Positions 1-12,741 of a stretch of DNA of 64,000 nucleotides are shown in pieces. Origin of the DNA: Squalus acanthias (lineage: Eukaryota); assembly GCA_030390025.1 (NCBI GenBank), contig JASTWF010000035.1:3100001-3164000 (forward strand). Reading direction: 5' to 3'. The notes beneath the pieces are model-generated. The model saw only the letters and a list, made by a program, of their open reading frames with translations, was not told where the DNA came from and did no database searches. The translations under genes and the position numbers were made by a program. The first letter of the stretch is position 1, and every line of letters begins with the position of its first letter.

Positions 1-211
1 GGCTGACTAACAGAAAACAGAGAGTCGGGATAAATGAGTCATTTTCCGGTTGGCAACCAGTAACTAGTGGGGTGCCACAGGGATCAGTGCTGGGGCCTCA
101 ACTATTTACAATTTATATTAATGACTTGGATGAAGGGACCGAGTGTAATGTAGCCAAATTTGCTGATGATACAAAGATAGGTGGGAAAGCAAATTGTGAG
201 GAGGACACAAA
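1..211 (+). mobile_element. CR1-clade LINE RT fragment (left half, split by the Harbinger insertion)
   Basis: Encodes [20 protein letters not shown]...KFADDTK. Removing 212-7554 restores gag-gac-aca-aag-agt-ctg-caa (EDTKSLQ). Confidence 0.93.
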
Positions 212-700
212 GGGCTCGATTTTGCCAGGCCTGAGGAGGCGGGTTTGGAGGCATGTGAGGTGTTAAAATCGCAAAAAAATGGCGGGCGGATCCGATCCCG
301 CCTCCAGCCCACCTCCGAGCAATTTTCCCAAAATCGGGGTTTCAGACCCCGTTTCCATCCCGCCTCCAAGAGGCAGGATAGGCATTTTGAGAGGCCTTTC
401 TGATTTTAACACATTTCCCCCGTGCTGCACGTCTCCTCTGGGACACGCCAGTTAATCCTGGCGGCCTCACAAGTGGATTGCTTACTAACAGCTGCAGCTC
501 CACCATTAAAAAGGAGTTTTCACCAATCATCATTTGCAGGTGGCAGAACTTTGTTGTCTCAGATCTGGGAGAACTTTTAGCAAGCCTGCTTATTGTTGTG
601 GAAGTTTGGAGCCTGAGACCCATCTCCAGTGTGACCTCCTGGGAAACTCCTTTCCCCACCTTGACTAAGCGCTTCCTCAACTGAGGTATATACCAGAAGC

Positions 701-1953
701 ATGGAAACCATTTATTTCCTTTCCTCCTGGACATCAGATTCGGACGAAGACCAGCCGCGGCAGCAGCAGAACCATGAACAACAGCAGCACCAACAGCAGC
801 AGCACCAACAACAGGAGCACCAAGCTGCTGCTCACCCACCTGAAGCTGCACAGGCCAGAAGGCGCCAGCGCATGGAAGCACGTCACTGCAGGAGATACCC
901 CCAAAACAGGGTTTACAGACAGAGGATGAGCTACCTCAACATGACTGAGTGGCAGTGCCAAAGGAGGCTCAGACTTTCGCGAGAGGTAGTGGGTGACATC
1001 TGCGCAATGCTGCAGCAAGACCTGGAGCCCAGAGGACCAGGTGGACACCCCTTACCAGTGGCCGTCAAAGTCACCACCGCACTCAACTTTTTTGCTTCAG
1101 GCTCATTCCAGGCATCAACAGCAGACATCAGCGGCATCTCCCAGTCGGCCGCACATACTTGCATCACGCAGGTAACCGATGCCCTCTTTGCCATCGTGCA
1201 CAATTACATCAACTTCTCCAAGGATCAAGCAAGTGTAACCGCGCGTGCGGTTGGATTTGCTAATCTGGCAGGCTTTCCGAGGGTGCAGGGCGTCGTTGAA
1301 TGCACACATGTGGCCCTTAAGGCACCCCATCACAATCTAGATATTTTTGTCAATCGCAAGGGCTTCCACTCCCTCAACGTGCAGCTGGTGTGTGACCACA
1401 AGAAGGAAATTTTGCATGTTTGCAAGTACCCTGGCAGTTGCCATGACTCCTTCATCCTGTGGCAGTCGAGTGTGCCTCCGCTCTTCAGTCCGCCTGACCA
1501 ACTTTTCGGATGGCTACTTGGAGACGAGGGCTATCCCTTGAAGACGTGGCTAATGACGCTGTTGAGGAGCCTATCCAACTTAGGTAAGCTGAGGAGCGCT
1601 ACAACTCCAGCCACATTTCCACCAGATCCATAATCGAGCAAACCATCGGCTTGCTGAAGATGCAATTCAGATGCCTTGATAGATCAGGTGGAGCCCTGCA
1701 GTACTCAGCAGCCAGGGTCTCCAGAATCATCGTGGTCTGCTGTGCACTTCACAACATGGCACAGCATCGTGGCTTGCAGCTGCCTGAGGTACAAGTGGCT
1801 CATCGCATAGCCTCCTCAGATGAGGATGATGAGGAGGAGGAGGAGAGCGACAACGAACAGCTTGCGGAGGCGCATCAAACAGTGCCAGCAGCATGCGAGC
1901 ACATTGCTGTCCAGGATGCAAGAGACGCACTCATCTTGGGCAGATTTGCTTCG
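701..1953 (+). pseudogene. Harbinger DDE transposase (HARBI1-like), disrupted
   Basis: Motifs [57 protein letters not shown] and, after a frameshift near 1580, IEQTIGLLKMQFRCL and IIVVCCALHN. The first catalytic Asp is replaced by Glu. The 3' end is approximate. Confidence 0.9.
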
Positions 1954-2516
1954 CCTGGCCAATCAAACACTTTTGCATCGCACCTTCTTACCAGAGCATC
2001 GACAATGGCCAAGAACCTGCGGATTCCTATCACACTGACCAACATACTGACAATTGCAAGTCACCCTATGCCCTCAATGTGGAAGTCCCATTTGCGAAAT
2101 GACACAGGTCACAACTTCAACAGTTTCCCATCAAGTTTTTTTTATCACAAAGTCACAAATGGCTTTTCAAAAATAAACACAACAGAACACCCAAGTGACT
2201 ACCCTTGTGACTACTTGTGCTTTATCTTCCTCTTACGCGTGCCCCTACGTGGTGCTTCCCCTGTGGCTTCAGCAGATGTGGAGGCCTCTTGCTCACTTTC
2301 TTGCTGCTCCTGCCTCAACACCTTTGGCGGGCGTCCTCTGGGGTTGCGAGCCTGTGAGGGCTCGGCAACAGTCTGCTGCTCCTGCGGCTGTGCAGGGGCT
2401 GAGACGCCCATCTCAGTTGGGTGAGGACTCTGGTGGGGCTCTGACCGAGGGCTCTGCAGTGGCATGGTAATGTGAGCGCTTGGAGAGGAGCCCCCACTTC
2501 CTTGTTCTCGTCCACT

Positions 2517-5500
2517 ATAAGAACATAAGAACATAAGAAATATGAGCAGGAGTAGGCCATTCGGTCCTTCGAGCCTGCTCCGCCATTCAATGAGATCATG
2601 GCTGATCTTCTGCCTCAACTCCATTCACCGGCCCCATCGCCATATCCCTTTGATGCCTTTACTAGTCAGAAATCTATCAACTTCTGTTTTGAATATACCC
2701 AATGACTGAGCCTCCACATCCCTCTGGGGTAGAGAATTCCAAAGATTCACCACCCTCTGTGTGAAGAAATTTCTTCTCATCTCAGTCCTGAATGGCCTAC
2801 CCTTTATCCTGAGGCTGTGGCCTCTGGTTCTAGACTCCCCAGCCAAGGGAAACATTCTCCCAGCATCCACCCTATCAAGCACTGTAATAATTTTGTATGC
2901 TTCAATGAGATCCCCTCTCATTCTTCTGAATTCAAGAGAATACAGGCCTAGTTTACTCAATCTCTTCTCATACGACAGTCCCGCCATCCCAGGAATCAAT
3001 GTCATGAACTTTCGTTGCACTCCCTCTATGGCAAGTATATCCTTCCTTAGGTAAGGAGACCAAAATTGTACATAGTACTCCAGGTGTGGTCTCAACAAAG
3101 CCCTATATAATTGGAGTAAGACTTCTTTACTCCTGTACTCAAATCCTCTTGTAATGAAGGCCAGCATACCATTTGCCTTCCTAATGGCTTGCGGCACCTG
3201 CACATTCACTTTCAGTGACTCATGTACAAGGACACCCAGGACCCTTTGAGCATCTGCATTCCCCAATCTTTCACCATTTAGGAAATACTCTGCTTTCTGT
3301 TTTTTCTACCAAAGTGGATAACTTCACATTTATCCACATTATATTCCATCTGCCATGTTCTCGCCCACTCACTGAGCTTGTCGAGATTCCCTTGAAGCCT
3401 CTAAACATCCTCTTCACAACTGACACTGCCACCTAGCTTTGTATCATCAGCAAATTTGGAAATGTTACATTTAGGTGCAGAAATTCCGATCCCTACGGGT
3501 GTGTACGTGCTGTGTACTCACCCGTAGGGACATCGGAAATGCCGGTTTTAGGCATGCACTGCGCATGCGCTGGAAACCGGCATTTCCGATCTGTCAAGAA
3601 AGCTCTTGAGAGATCCTCCGCCTGCCCAGGAGAAGGGCCTCTGCGGGCGGAGAGTTCCGCTTTTTGGAGACCCTCCGCCCGCAGAAAACACTTATAATTC
3701 TTGCGCCTGGTAAAAGCAGGCGTAAGGCCTGCTTTTACCAGGATAAGAGTTGAAAAAAGTAAAAAAAAAAATTCCACTGATTTATCATTTAAAAATACTT
3801 TAAAGAAAGGTAAGTTTATTTTTAGCCCCGTTAAAAACTTTAATTAATTTTTTCAAAAAATAAAATTTTTGTTTAAAATACTTAATTTATTGTAATTTAA
3901 AGTCATTTTAAAAATGTGACTTCTTTTAAAATGTATTTGCAGTTTTACTATGTTTTGGGGGTGATCTCTATTCATATATTTGACAGGTCTTCCTGTCACA
4001 TGTATGAAGGGAGATTCCCTTCTCTGATTGGCTCCCCATGGCCCACGTGATCCCAGGGACGCTGCGAACCGCCTGCGCCTCTGGGATATGTGGGCCCTGC
4101 GCACCAGCAGTTTGGAGAGGCCCAGCAGCGGAACTCTGCGCCTCCCGGGAGCCCTCCGGTCTTGACGCAGATTTTTCCAGATCGCAGCCCTCTGCCCGCG
4201 GGAGGCCTGCGATCAGAATATCTGGGCCAGTGTCCCCTCATCCAAATCATTGATATAGATTGTGAATAGCTGGGGCCCAAGCACCGATCCTTGCGGTACC
4301 CCACTAGTCACAGCCTGCCATCCTGAAAAAGACCCGTTTATCCCATCTCTTTGTTTTCTGTCTGTTAACCAATTCTCAATCCATGCTAGTATATTGCCCC
4401 CAATTCCATGTGCCCTAATTTTGTTCACCAACCTCTTGTGTGGGACCTTATCGAAGGCCTTCTGAAAATCCAGATACACCACATCTACCGGTTCCCCTTT
4501 GTCTACTCCACAAGTTACATCCTCAAAGAACTCCAGTAGCTTTGTTAAACAGGATTTCCCTTTCATAAATCCATGTTGACTCTGCCCAATCTTACTATTA
4601 GTTTCTAAGTTCCCAGTTATTGCATCCTTTATAATAGATTCCAGCATTTTCCCAACTACTGATGTGAGGCTAACAGGTCTGTAGTTCCCCATTTTCTCTC
4701 TCCCTCCTTTCTTAAACAGCGGGGTTATATTTGCTATCCTCCAATCTGCAGGAACCGTTCCAGAATCTGTAGAATTTTGGAAGATGACAACCAATGCGTC
4801 CACTATCTCAATGGCCACCTCTTTCAAAACCCTAGGATGTAGGTCATACGGTCCTTGGGATTTATCGACTTTTAGTCCCATTAATTTTGCTAGTACTGTT
4901 TTTTTACTAATAATTTCTTTAAGTTCCTCATTCTCGCCACACCCTTGGTTTTCTCGTATTTCTGGGAGGTTTTTTGCTCCGTGAAGACAGAAACAAAGTA
5001 TTTATTTAATTTCTCAGCCATTTCCTCATTCCCCATTATAAATTCTCCCGTCTCTGACTGTAAAGGACCTACATTTACCTTCGCCAGTCTTTTCCTTTTC
5101 ACATACCTATAGAAGCTTTTACAATCCGTTTTTATATTTTTCACTAGTTTGTGCTCATATTCCATTTTCCCTTTCTTGATCAATTTCTTGGTCCTCCTTT
5201 GCTGATTTCTAAAAAGATCCCAATCTTCAGGCTGACCGCTTTTTCTGGTAACTTTATAAGCTTCCTCCTTTGACTTCATACTCGCTTTAATTTCTTTTGT
5301 TAGCCATGGTTGGATCACTTTTCCTTTTGGGTTTTTATGCCCTAGAGGAATATATTTTTGTTGCAAATTATGCATTATTTGCTTGAATGTTAGTCATTGT
5401 ATGTCCACCTTCATACCTTTTGGTGTAGTCTCCCAATCTACCATGGCCAACTTGTCCCTCATACCCTTGTAGTTTCCTCTGTTTAGATTGAAGACCTTAG

Positions 5501-5616
5501 TTTCAGTTTGAACTACATCACTCTCAAACTTAATGTAAAATTCAATCATATTATGGTCACTTGTCCCTAACGGCCCCTTTACCACAAGATTATTGATTAG
5601 CCCTTTCTCATTACAC
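2517..5616 (-). mobile_element. 5'-truncated CR1 LINE inserted in the Harbinger Myb gene
   Basis: (TTCTTATG)n tail at 2517-2540; ORF2 remnants at 2625-3266, 4213-4881, 4890-5375 and 5394-5585. No clear TSD. Confidence 0.92.
3474..4228. mobile_element. Non-autonomous DNA element (MITE-like, probably Harbinger-type) nested in the CR1
   Basis: Imperfect TIRs GGTGCAGAAATTCCGATC / GATCAGAATATCTGGGCC around an AT-rich core; CR1 RT resumes on both sides; homologous copy at 20510-21168. TSD unresolved. Confidence 0.75.
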
Positions 5617-7551
5617 CAATGTCCCTCTCATGGGTCAGCCCCACTTCAGAGCTAGCAAGTGGCTTGACAGCACCTTGCTGCACTTCAGGGGGGCCACGAG
5701 GACCCATTTCTGCACTGGATGTCCTACTCCAGAGGACTTCCATGAAGGTCAGGTTTCTCTGCTCAATAGCTGACCATCGCTCCTCAAGAGATGTCAGTCT
5801 ATTCTCAACAATGACCATGTTTTCAATACTCTGGCGGCTAAGCTCCTCCGTGGCCGCAGCCATCCTCTCCTCTACCATAGCCATCCTCTCCTCTCCGGTA
5901 GCCAGCCTTACCACGGAGGTAGCCATCCTTTCCATGGAGGTTGCCTTCCTTTCCATGGTGATGCGTTCATGCGCCAATGACTCCACAAAGGCCCTGCTCA
6001 TGTTAGCGACGGACTTCTCCATTCGCTCCACACTCGCAGTGAACCTGGAGACAAAATCTGCCAGAGACTCCTGCACCTGTTCCTGGAGTTCCAGCACCGC
6101 TCTCCTTCTGGATGGACCCGGAGGCACAGGGTCGACATGCAGCTGAGCCAAGCTGGGAGAGTCCTGCGCCCTCCGACTAGGACTCTCCACTGCTGTCCCT
6201 GTCTCCACCTTCTGCTGATGCTCATTTGTGAGCTGTGATACACCAGGTGACAACTCTACTCTATGTCCCAAAGGTCCCACCGAGGTGTGAGTGTCTGCGC
6301 TGGTGCTGGGTGCGCTGAGTTCTGCTGACGCTGCGCCCTCAGAGGTTGCAGCTTCCTCTGAGGAGTCTGGAGGCTCAGGCTGTTCCTTCTGGACGGTGGG
6401 GAGGGGGGCTGTCGATGGTCCTGTTGGGAAGTAAAGGAAAGAGTTAGACATGTGAGATAAACGTTGCATGCGCATTGAATTGTGCAGATGATCATAAGTC
6501 AATCTGTTAGAGCATCAGAATCAATATCAGTTACTCATGCAATGTCAATGAGAGAGATGAAAAACTATTCTGTCACCAGCTTGCTCTGATGCGCCCGTCT
6601 GTCCGTCCCCCTCTTGCGCATCCACCTCCACTCCCACAATCTCCAGGGCCGCCTCCTCTGCATTGGTGAGCTGGGCTATTGAGGGTGGCCCTCTTCCTGT
6701 CCTCGCCCTCCCTCTTATTGTGAGCTCTCTTTTCCTGCAATGAGGGACACAAGTGGAGTTTGAGTGAGAATGAAGGAGTGAGTGTAGAGAATCCATAGCA
6801 TAGATGCTTAGAAGGAGACAAAGATGGAGTGAGGTGCCAAGACCAAGGGCCCTCCCTGTGTGTTGTAAGTTGTTGTCATTGCATCACAGCAATAGGGAGT
6901 GTGAGGGCTGCATAGTCAAATAGTTACGTGAATGTGAACATACAGAGAGAGGGAATGGGTAAGGGTGCAGGGATGTAAGGGTCAAGTGGGAGGTTGACAA
7001 AGCAGAGTGCTGGTGATGAGAGGCGATGGGGATCAGATTGAGGGTCATGTGGATGGAGTACTCACTTTTCCTGTGCAGAGAAGGTCATGAAACCTCTTTC
7101 TGGACTGCAGCCAGGTTCTGCTGCACATTGATATGGCATTCACCTCCTGGGCCACTTGCAGCCACACAGCTTTGGTCTGTTGTGGAGGCTTTTTCCTCCC
7201 TGAAGAAGGAATCAGCACTTCCTTATTTGCTCTTGTTCCCTCCACCAGAGCTTGGAGGGAGTTCTCATCGAATCGGGGTGCACACTTTGGTCTGGTGCCT
7301 GACATGGTCTTTGCACGAATCCCTCAGAAGTATTATGCTCAAGTTGAAAGGCAGAAAAAGAAGCAAGGCTGCTTGCCATCGGAGGCGAATCTCAGCATCA
7401 AAAGGCTCATTGGGCCAGGGGTTCCCACACGCTGGAAATCAAGTGCCCAATTAGGGCAAAATCGCTCATTTGTCCCGCCTCACATCGGAGGTCCAGACAC
7501 GACGACCACCTGACCCGCCCCCAGCCCGCCCCCAATGACAAAATCCAGCCC

Positions 7552-8435
7552 AAAGAGTCTGCAAAGGGATATAGATAGGTTAAGTGAGTGGGCAAAAATT
7601 TGGCAGACGGAGTATAATGTGGGAAAATGTGAGGTTATCCACTTTGGAAGGAAGAATGAAAAAGCAAATTGTTATTTAAATGGAGTGAGACTACAAAATG
7701 CTGCGGTACATTGGGATCTGGGGGTCCTAGTACATGAAACACAAAAAGTTAGCATGCAGGTACAGCAAGTAATTAGGAAGGCTAATGGAATGTTGGCCTT
7801 TATTGCAAAGGGGTATGGAGTATAAAAGTAGGGAAGTTTTGATGCAACTTTACAGGGTGCTGGTGAGACCGCACCTGGAGTACTGCGTACAGTCTTGGTC
7901 TCCATATTTAAGGAGGATATACTTGCATTGGAGGCAGTGCAGAGACGGTTCACTAGGTTGATTCCTGGGATGAAGGGGTTGACGTATGACGAAAGGTTGA
8001 GCAGGTTAGGCCTATACTCATTGGAGTTTAGAAGAATGAGAGGTGATCTTATTGAAACATATAAGATTCTGAGGGGGATTGACAGGGTGGATGCTGAGAG
8101 GATGTTTCCCCTAGTGGGGGGATCTAGAACTAGGGGGCATAGTTTCAGAATAAGGGGTCGCCCATTTAAGACGGAGATGAGGAGGAACTTCTTCTCTCAG
8201 AGGGTCGTGAATCTTTGGAATTCTCCACCCCAGAGAGCTGTGGAGGCGGAGTCACTGAATATAGTCAAGGCGGAGATTGACAGACATTTGAACTACAAGG
8301 GAGTCCAGGGGTATGGGGAGAGAGCGGGAAAGTGGTGTTGAGGACAAGATTGGATCAGCCATGATCTTATTGAATGGCGGAGCAGGCTCGAGGGGCCGAT
8401 TGGCCGACTCCTGCTCCTCTTTCTTATGTTCTTAG
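7552..8435 (+). mobile_element. CR1 LINE 3' part (continuation of 1-211) with tail
   Basis: SLQRDIDRLSEWAKIWQ...RVVNLWNS; 3' hairpin and TTCTTATGTTCTTA tail. Confidence 0.92.
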
Positions 8436-8700
8436 AAATTCCTCCCCCTCCTTTCCCTTTACCTTAGCATTATCCCAATCGATATTTGGGTAATTAAAGT
8501 CCCCCAATATCACCACTCTACAGCTCTTGCACATCTCTGCGATTTTCCTGCAGATTTGCTCCTCCACCTCCCTCTCACTATATGAAGGCCAATAGAATAC
8601 CCCCCAATAGCGTGATCATACCCTTTTTGCTCCTCAACTCTAACCAAATGGATTCTGTCCTTGTCCCCTCAAGAACATCCTCCCTTTCCAACACTACAAT
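8436..8700 (-). mobile_element. CR1 endonuclease-domain fragment
   Basis: Minus strand reads GDFNYPNIDW, the APE endonuclease motif. Confidence 0.75.
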
Positions 8701-11700
8701 GTCGGGATAGACACTGTTCTCTGCAGCCAGGAACATGAGTCCCAAAGGTTATGTTGCCTACCCGGTGCCAGGGTAAAGGACATCTCCTCTGGGCTGGAGA
8801 AGAACTTGGAGTGGGAGGGGGAGGATCCAGTTGCCGTGGTCCACGTAGGTACCAACGACATAGGCAGGACAAAGAAAGAGGTTCTGCTGAGAGAGTTTGA
8901 GCAGCTAGAGACTAAATTAAAAAGCAGAACCACAAAGGTCATAATCTCTGGATTATTATCTGAGCGACGAGCAAATTGGCATAGGGTAAATAAGATCAGA
9001 GAGATGAATGCGTGGCTCAAAGATTGGTGTGGGAGAAGTGGGTTTCGATTCCTGGGGCACTGGCACCAGTACTGGGGAAAGAGAGAGCTGTTCCGTTGGG
9101 ACGGACTACACCTGAACCATGCTGGGACCAGAGTTCTAGCGAATCGAATAACTAGGGAGGTAGATAGGGCTTTAAACTAAATAAGGGGGGGAGGGTCCCG
9201 GTAGAGAGAAATCTAGAATGCTAAAGAGAAAAGACAAGGAAGCAGTGCAGGAAAGTGATTGGGGTAAGGATAACCAGATTGTGTCAGGAAGGGACAGAGC
9301 GTACAAACAAAGGAGTGCACTAACCAATACGGTCCGGGTAAGAAAAATGGTAATAAGACAAATAGTACAAAAAAATGTTAAGATGTCTAAAAATGTTAAA
9401 GACAAATCTAAAGGCACTGTATCTGAATGCACGAAGCATTCGTAATAAGGTAAACGAATTAACAGCACAAATAGATGTAAACGGATACGATATAATTGCG
9501 ATTACGGAGACATGGCTGCAGGGTGACCAAGGCTGGGCGCTGAATATCCAAGGATATTCGATATTTAGGAAGGACAGGCAAAAAGGAAAAGGAGGTGGGG
9601 TGGCATTGTTAGTAAAGGATGAAATCAGAGCAATAGTGAGAAAGGATATTGGCTCAGAAAATCAAGATGTAGAATCAGTCTGGGTGGAGCTAAGAAGCAC
9701 CAAGGGGCAGAAAACATTGGTGGGAGTTGTCTATAGGCCTCCAAACAGTAGTGGTAATGTAGGGGATGGCATCAAACAGGAAATTAGAGATGCATGTAAC
9801 AAGGGCACTACAATAACCATGGGTGACTTTAATCTACATAAAGACTGGCCAAACCAAATTAGCAATAATACTGTGGAGGATGAATTCCTGGAGTGTGTAC
9901 GAGATCGTTTTTTAGACCAGTACGTTGAGGAGCCAACTAGGGAACAGGCTATCCTAGATTGGGTATTGTGCAATGAGAAGGGGTTAATTAATAATCTTGT
10001 TGTGCGGGGTCCTTTAGGGAAGAGTGACCATAACATGATAGAATTCTTCATTAAGATGGAAAGTGAAGTAGTCCAATCTGAAACTAGGATCCTAAATCTA
10101 AACAAAGGAAACTACGACGGTATGATGAGTGAGTTGGCTATGATGGATTGGGGAGCTTCATTAAAAGGCATGATGGTGGATAGGCAATGGCTAACATTTA
10201 AGGAACGAATTCATGAATTGCAACAGTTATACATTCCTTTCTGGCGCAAAAACACAAAAGGAAAAGCGGCCCAACCATGGCTAACAAAAGAAATTAAGGA
10301 TAGTATTAGATCCAAAGAGGAGTCATATAAAGTTGCCAGAAAAAGTAGCAAGCCTGAGGATTGGGAGCAGTTTAGAATTCAGCAAAAAAGGACCAAGAGA
10401 TTGATTAAGAGGGGAAAAATAGAGTATGAGAGTAAACTTGCAAGGAACAAAAAAGCAGGCTGTAAAAGCTTCTACAAGTATGTAAAACGAAAAAGATTAG
10501 TGAAGACAAATGTAGGTTCCTTACAGTCAGAAATGGGAAAATTTATAATGGGGAACAAAGAAATGGCATTGCAATTAAACACATACTTTGGTTCTGTCTT
10601 CACGGAAGAGGACACAAATAACTTCCCAGAAATACTAGGGAACCAAGGGTCTAGTGAGAAGGAGGAATTAAAGGATATTAATATTAGTAAAAAAAATAGT
10701 GCTGGAGAAATTAATGGGACTGAAAGCCAATAAATCCCCAGGGCCTGATGATCTGCATCCCAGAGTACTAAGAGAGGTAGCCATGGAAATAGTGGATGCA
10801 TTGGTTGTCATCTTCCAAAATTCTATAGATTATGGAACAGTTCCTGCAGATTGGAGGGTGGCAAATATAACCTCGCTGTTTAAAAAAGGAGGGAGAGAGA
10901 AAACAGGGAACTACTGACCGGTTAGCCTAACATTAGTAGTAGGGAAAATGCTAGAGTCTATTATAAACAGAACACTTAACGGGATTAGACAAAGTCAGTA
11001 TGGATTTATGAAAGGGAAATCGTGTTTGACAAACCTACTGGAGTTTTTTGAGGATGTAACTGGTAGAATAGATAAGGGAGAACCAGTGGATGTGGTGTAT
11101 TTGGATTTTCAGAAGGCCTTTGATAAAGTCCCACATAAGAGGTTAGTGTGCAAAATTAAAGCACATGGGATTGGGGGTAATATACTGGCATGGATTGAAA
11201 ATTGGTTAACAGACAGGAAACAGAGAGTAGGAATAATTGGGTCTTTTTCGGGGTGGCAGGCGGTGACGAGTGGGGTACCACAGGGATCAGTGCTTGGGCC
11301 CCAGCTATTCACAATATATATCAATGATTTGGATGAGGGAACCAAATGTAATATTTCCAAGTTTGGTGATGACACGAAACTAGGTGGGATTGTGAGTTGT
11401 GAGGAGGATGCAAAGAGGCTTCAAGGCGATTTAGACAAGTTGAGTGAGTGGGCAAATACATGGCAGATGCAATATAACGTGGATAAATGTGAAGTTATCC
11501 ACTTCAGTAGGAAAAACAGAAAGGCAGAGTATTATTTAAATGGTGACAGATTGGGAAATGCTGATGTACAAAGAGACCTGGGTGTCCTTGTACACCAGTC
11601 ACTGAAAGCAAACATGCAGGTGCAGCAAGCAGTTAGGAAGGTAAATGGTATGTTGGCCTTCATTGCAAGAGGATTTGAGTACAGAAGCAAGGATGTCTTA

Positions 11701-12300
11701 CCACAGTTATACAGGGCCTTGGTGAGACCACACCTGGAGTATTATGTGCAGTTTTGGTCTCCTTACCTAAGAAAGTATATACTTGCCATAGAGGGAGTGC
11801 AGCGAAGGTTCACCAGACTGATTCCTGGGATGGCAGGACTGTCGTATGAGGAGAGATTGAGTCGACTAGGCCTGTATTCACTAGAGTTTAGAATAATGTG
11901 AGGGGATCTCATTGAAACGTATACATTTCTGACAGGGCTAGACAGACTGGATGCAGGGAGGATGTTTCCCCTGGCTGGGGGGTCTAGAACGAGGGGTCAC
12001 AGTCTCAGGATACGGGATAGGACATTTAGGACTGAGATGAGGAGACATTTCTTCACTCAGATGGTGGTGAACCTGTGGAATTCTCTACCACAGACAGCTG
12101 TGGAGGCCAAGTTACTGAATATATTTAAGAAGGAGATAGATAGATTTCTAGACACAAAAGGCATCAAGGGCTATGGGGAGAGAGCGGGAATATGGCATTG
12201 AGATAGAGGATCAGCCATGATCATATTGAATGGTGGAGCAGGCTCGAAGGGCTGAATGGACTACTCCTGCTCCTATTTTTCTATATTTCTATGTTTCTAT
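8701..12300 (+). mobile_element. CR1 LINE: 3' half of ORF1 (SGNH esterase) and mutated ORF2 (APE endonuclease and RT)
   Basis: VVHVGTNDIG and DGLHLN esterase motifs (8806-9180); ORF2 pieces 9375-10733, 10699-10917, 10948-11901 and 11962-12201 with frameshifts and stops; TTTCTATG tail. The ORF1 and ORF2 parts may be chimeric. Confidence 0.92.
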
Positions 12301-12741
12301 CATATTGCCACACAGCTAATTGTGCTTGTAGCTCACCAACCTTATTCACCACACTTTGTGCGTTTACGTACATGCATTCTAAAACTATTTTTGAATTTTT
12401 CGTAGTCTTTCTTAGTCTGCTCCTATCTAATATGGTACTACTACCACCTCTAGTAGTATCTTCTCCAGTACTATCCAACACACTCACTCTTTCATGCACC
12501 TTATACCTCTTTTCTACTCCTATATGCTGGTGCCCATCCCCCTGCCAAGTTAGTTTAAACCCTCCCCAACAGCAGTAACAAACCTCCCCGCGAGAATATT
12601 GGTCCCGGCTCTGTTGAGGTGTAACCTGTCCAGCTTGTACAGGTCCCGCCTTCCCCAGAAACAGTCCCAATGCCTCACGAATCTAAAGCCCTCCCTCCTG
12701 CACCATCTCTCCAGCCACGCATTCATCTGTTCTATCCTCCT
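12301..12741 (-). mobile_element. CR1 ORF1 end and ORF2 start (downstream part of the element at 16094-17622)
   Basis: RRIEQMNAWLERWC...DRLHLN...GEGLN*; joins 16094 across the 12-bp duplication TTCTATCCTCCT. Confidence 0.85.

Larger units (their letters stand above)
2211..7305 (-). pseudogene. Harbinger Myb/SANT-like DNA-binding partner gene, 3 exons, disrupted
   Basis: Exon 1 7305-7066 (APRFDENSLQALV...W..VAQEVNA...RTWLQSRKRFHDL, donor GTGAGT); exon 2 6734-6577 (EKRAHNKRE..RTGRGPP, 2-bp frameshift); exon 3 6420-5617, resuming at 2516-2211 after a CR1 insertion and ending PRGRPPK...RRGTRKRKIKHK*. Confidence 0.85.
212..7551 (+). mobile_element. Complete PIF/Harbinger DNA transposon (about 4.2 kb after removing the nested CR1)
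   Basis: Left TIR GGGCTCGATTTTGCC at 212; right end GACAAAATCCAGCCC at 7537-7551 (reverse complement GGGCTGGATTTTGTC); 3-bp TSD AAA at 209-211 and 7552-7554; convergent transposase and Myb/SANT genes inside. Confidence 0.93.

Noticed and set aside
701..1953. Domesticated host gene HARBI1
   Set aside because: It lies between TIRs and a TSD beside a Myb partner, is frameshifted, and has a second partial copy in the window, so it is a transposon gene.
1954..2424. C-terminal extension of ORF 1651-2424
   Set aside because: Probable read-through past the transposase end into spacer and the antisense strand of the Myb gene.
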